IMG/VR virus record: IMGVR_UViG_3300033076_000570 | Span: 1 to 28,871 of that record | Reading direction: 5' to 3' (one strand) | Origin: a virus | Taxonomy: Duplodnaviria > Caudoviricetes | Length of the DNA stretch: 28,871 bases | Program-made: the position numbers and the translations under genes | Notes under the pieces: model-generated | Told to the model about the DNA's origin: nothing | The model's input: the letters and a program-made list of their open reading frames with translations, nothing else | Database searches by the model: none | Shown: piece by piece, positions 26,861 to 28,871 of the stretch | How the letters are laid out: every line of letters starts with the position of its first letter | Numbering within the stretch: the first letter of the stretch is position 1

Positions 26861-28597
26861 TTATTCCTCAGTATCCACCGGCAAGTCTTCATCTACCTCA
26901 TTGTCATCGTCATCATCTTTATCTTTCAATGAAGTGGTTTCATTATCCTTAGGTTGTTTCTTAGCTACTGCCTCACTTGTCTTAGTTGTATCAAAGAATT
27001 CTGTCCATGCTTCACGCTTGCCTACAACTTCTTTGAGTGCAGAACATTTACGTTTTACTTTCTCCATTACACGTTCCTCAATTGTTCCACGAAACCATAC
27101 AATGAATTGATAGGTTGTGCTCATTGAGTTAATACGGTGTGCCCTACCTAGAACTTGCACAAGTTCTTCTGCATTCCATACTGGAGGAAGGAATACTACG
27201 CGAGGCCGTTGTCCTACTCGATGATGGTGCAAACTTAGACCTGCTCCACCTGCACTAAACATCAACAACATAAACCTACGCCTACCACTCTGGAATTGAT
27301 CAATGTTCAACTGACGTTCTGCCAATGATTGACCACCCATAATTGTTGCAATCTCATCTTCGATTACACCTTTAGCACGAAGATGTTGATGAACAAGTTT
27401 GAGTGTATCTTGGAATGAACATGCAATAATTACTGATTTGTTTTCCTTTTGTTCAACATCAAATGCTAGACGTGCTAGATCATCTGCACGCAGCATCTCA
27501 GATGTTTGACGAAACTTCATCATTGATACAAGAATCTCAGCAAATCCTACGAGTGGATCTAATCCGTAAGACTCACGCTTCTTTTGATATTCATCGAAGG
27601 CATCTTGATAGATGCGAGCTTTGTGTGATGGCATATCAATAAGCATCTGCTTAATGAATGTTCGATGCTTGTAACTTAGCTTACCAAATCTCAATGTCTT
27701 AGGCTCAAGGAATTCTTGAATACGCTTCATTGCAGCAGGGCACCAATCATATTCAGACTTTGGTGCTGAGATTTCCTTAATCCAAGATGGAAATTCTTTG
27801 ACACCAATGAGATGGTTTTTATCTAGTCCAATTCTTGTTCGCATACGTAGTGCTAGAACCACACTTCGAGTATGTATTGGACGAGAATATGGAGTTGCGG
27901 ACATTGGCAAGCATGGAACATTTGTCTCAGTAAAGAGTGAGATTGCCATGTCAGTTTGCAATGTATCAGCGTTCTTCAAACCTTGCACTTCATCTAGTGC
28001 TGTGCCGCATGGTAACATTGCTTCATCCCAAATAGGCCATAGAACTGGTTGACCATTTACAATACGTGTTACATATCGAATGAACAAGTCACCAAAGGAC
28101 GAAGTCATTTGAGGATATGATGTAACGATTACACGTTTGTTTTTATATTCACCAAGAATTACACGTGATGATTGTGTGACAATTGTTGGCTTTGTTATAT
28201 AGAGGAAATGTTTGTGTGCTGCAAACTTCTCAGGATACATGTGACGCAACAAGCGTAGCAACATACCAAAGAAATATGTTTTGCCACTACCAGTTGGCGC
28301 AATGAGAAGTCTACTTTCTCCCTTGCCCATTGCTTCAACACAATTCCACAATGGTTCCTTTTGAAAGTCTAGCAAAGGAGGAACATCTGAAATTTTTGGA
28401 TACTCTTTTAATACTTCAACTTCGCAATGATGCACATGTCCATTTTGAACTTGTGCCGAAAGCATTCTATCAAAGCGAGGAAGTGGAGCAGCAAGCATAT
28501 CATCTATGCTGCGAGCAGCTGCATGATAGAGTCGCGACTTTATATAATTTGGGTCACGCTCTTTCAACTTTGCTTTGAGTGCTGCGTATGTGTTCAT
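26861..28597 (-). CDS. Superfamily 2 (SNF2/DExx-like) helicase
   Basis: APTGSGKT, LDEVQ, SATP, AGGAGLSLH, QVLGRAHR, GTIEE motifs; acidic tail. Confidence 0.9.
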   Translation of the reverse strand: MNTYAALKAKLKERDPNYIKSRLYHAAARSIDDMLAAPLPRFDRMLSAQVQNGHVHHCEVEVLKEYPKISDVPPLLDFQKEPLWNCVEAMGKGESRLLIAPTGSGKTYFFGMLLRLLRHMYPEKFAAHKHFLYITKPTIVTQSSRVILGEYKNKRVIVTSYPQMTSSFGDLFIRYVTRIVNGQPVLWPIWDEAMLPCGTALDEVQGLKNADTLQTDMAISLFTETNVPCLPMSATPYSRPIHTRSVVLALRMRTRIGLDKNHLIGVKEFPSWIKEISAPKSEYDWCPAAMKRIQEFLEPKTLRFGKLSYKHRTFIKQMLIDMPSHKARIYQDAFDEYQKKRESYGLDPLVGFAEILVSMMKFRQTSEMLRADDLARLAFDVEQKENKSVIIACSFQDTLKLVHQHLRAKGVIEDEIATIMGGQSLAERQLNIDQFQSGRRRFMLLMFSAGGAGLSLHHHRVGQRPRVVFLPPVWNAEELVQVLGRAHRINSMSTTYQFIVWFRGTIEERVMEKVKRKCSALKEVVGKREAWTEFFDTTKTSEAVAKKQPKDNETTSLKDKDDDDDNEVDEDLPVDTEE

Positions 28598-28827
28598 ATC
28601 TTAAGTTTCAACTTGTATATCTTTTTTCGTAATGCTTCATTAATTCTTTTCAGTGCGTTAAGTTTTTTCAAATTACGAAATGAAACTATCTTGTGCCATA
28701 CTTTAATGTATGTTTCTTCTTGTCCTTGCTTAGATGCACCTTTACAAAAGTAATTGACAACGACACGTAGTTCTTGCGGAGAAATTTCTTTCCTATTTCT
28801 TTCTTCAATTTTCTCTCGGCGTGTCAC
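28594..28827 (-). CDS. Small basic hypothetical protein
   Basis: 77-aa K/R-rich ORF, GTG start, ATGA coupling to the helicase. Confidence 0.5.
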   Translation of the reverse strand: MTRREKIEERNRKEISPQELRVVVNYFCKGASKQGQEETYIKVWHKIVSFRNLKKLNALKRINEALRKKIYKLKLKI

Positions 28828-28871
28828 TGATTTGTTATAGTAGCAGAGTTAGTAAAGATAATCTGTGCACC

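Noticed and set aside
28859-28871. TAATCTGTG shared with the 18766 hairpin arm
   Set aside because: Only a 9-nt match, cut off by the window edge, so it cannot be evaluated.

Overview
AT-rich dsDNA tailed-phage (podovirus-like) genome segment with two convergent arms meeting at a shared TTAA (14247-14250). The + arm (1-14250) is the tail/DNA-ejection module: fibre proteins, tail adaptor and nozzle, a GNAT-like protein, internal virion proteins, a DDxxD isoprenoid-synthase-like gene plus a cupin, and a 2115-aa ejection/polyvalent protein. The - arm (14247-28871) is replication/recombination: dNMP kinase, DUF3987-like ATPase, UDG-like::PolA fusion, SSB, Sak4-like ATPase, Cas4-like nuclease, a TGA-interrupted ligase and an SF2 helicase. 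Most notable: the phage encodes a stripped-down sigma54 enhancer-binding ATPase (no HTH, no receiver), and two intergenic gaps on the same arm carry exactly spaced -24/-12 sigma54 promoter motifs. One of them heads a unit that ends in two tRNA-shaped RNAs whose anticodon arms are replaced by large structured inserts. All assignments are by eye from motifs and synteny; no database searches were run.
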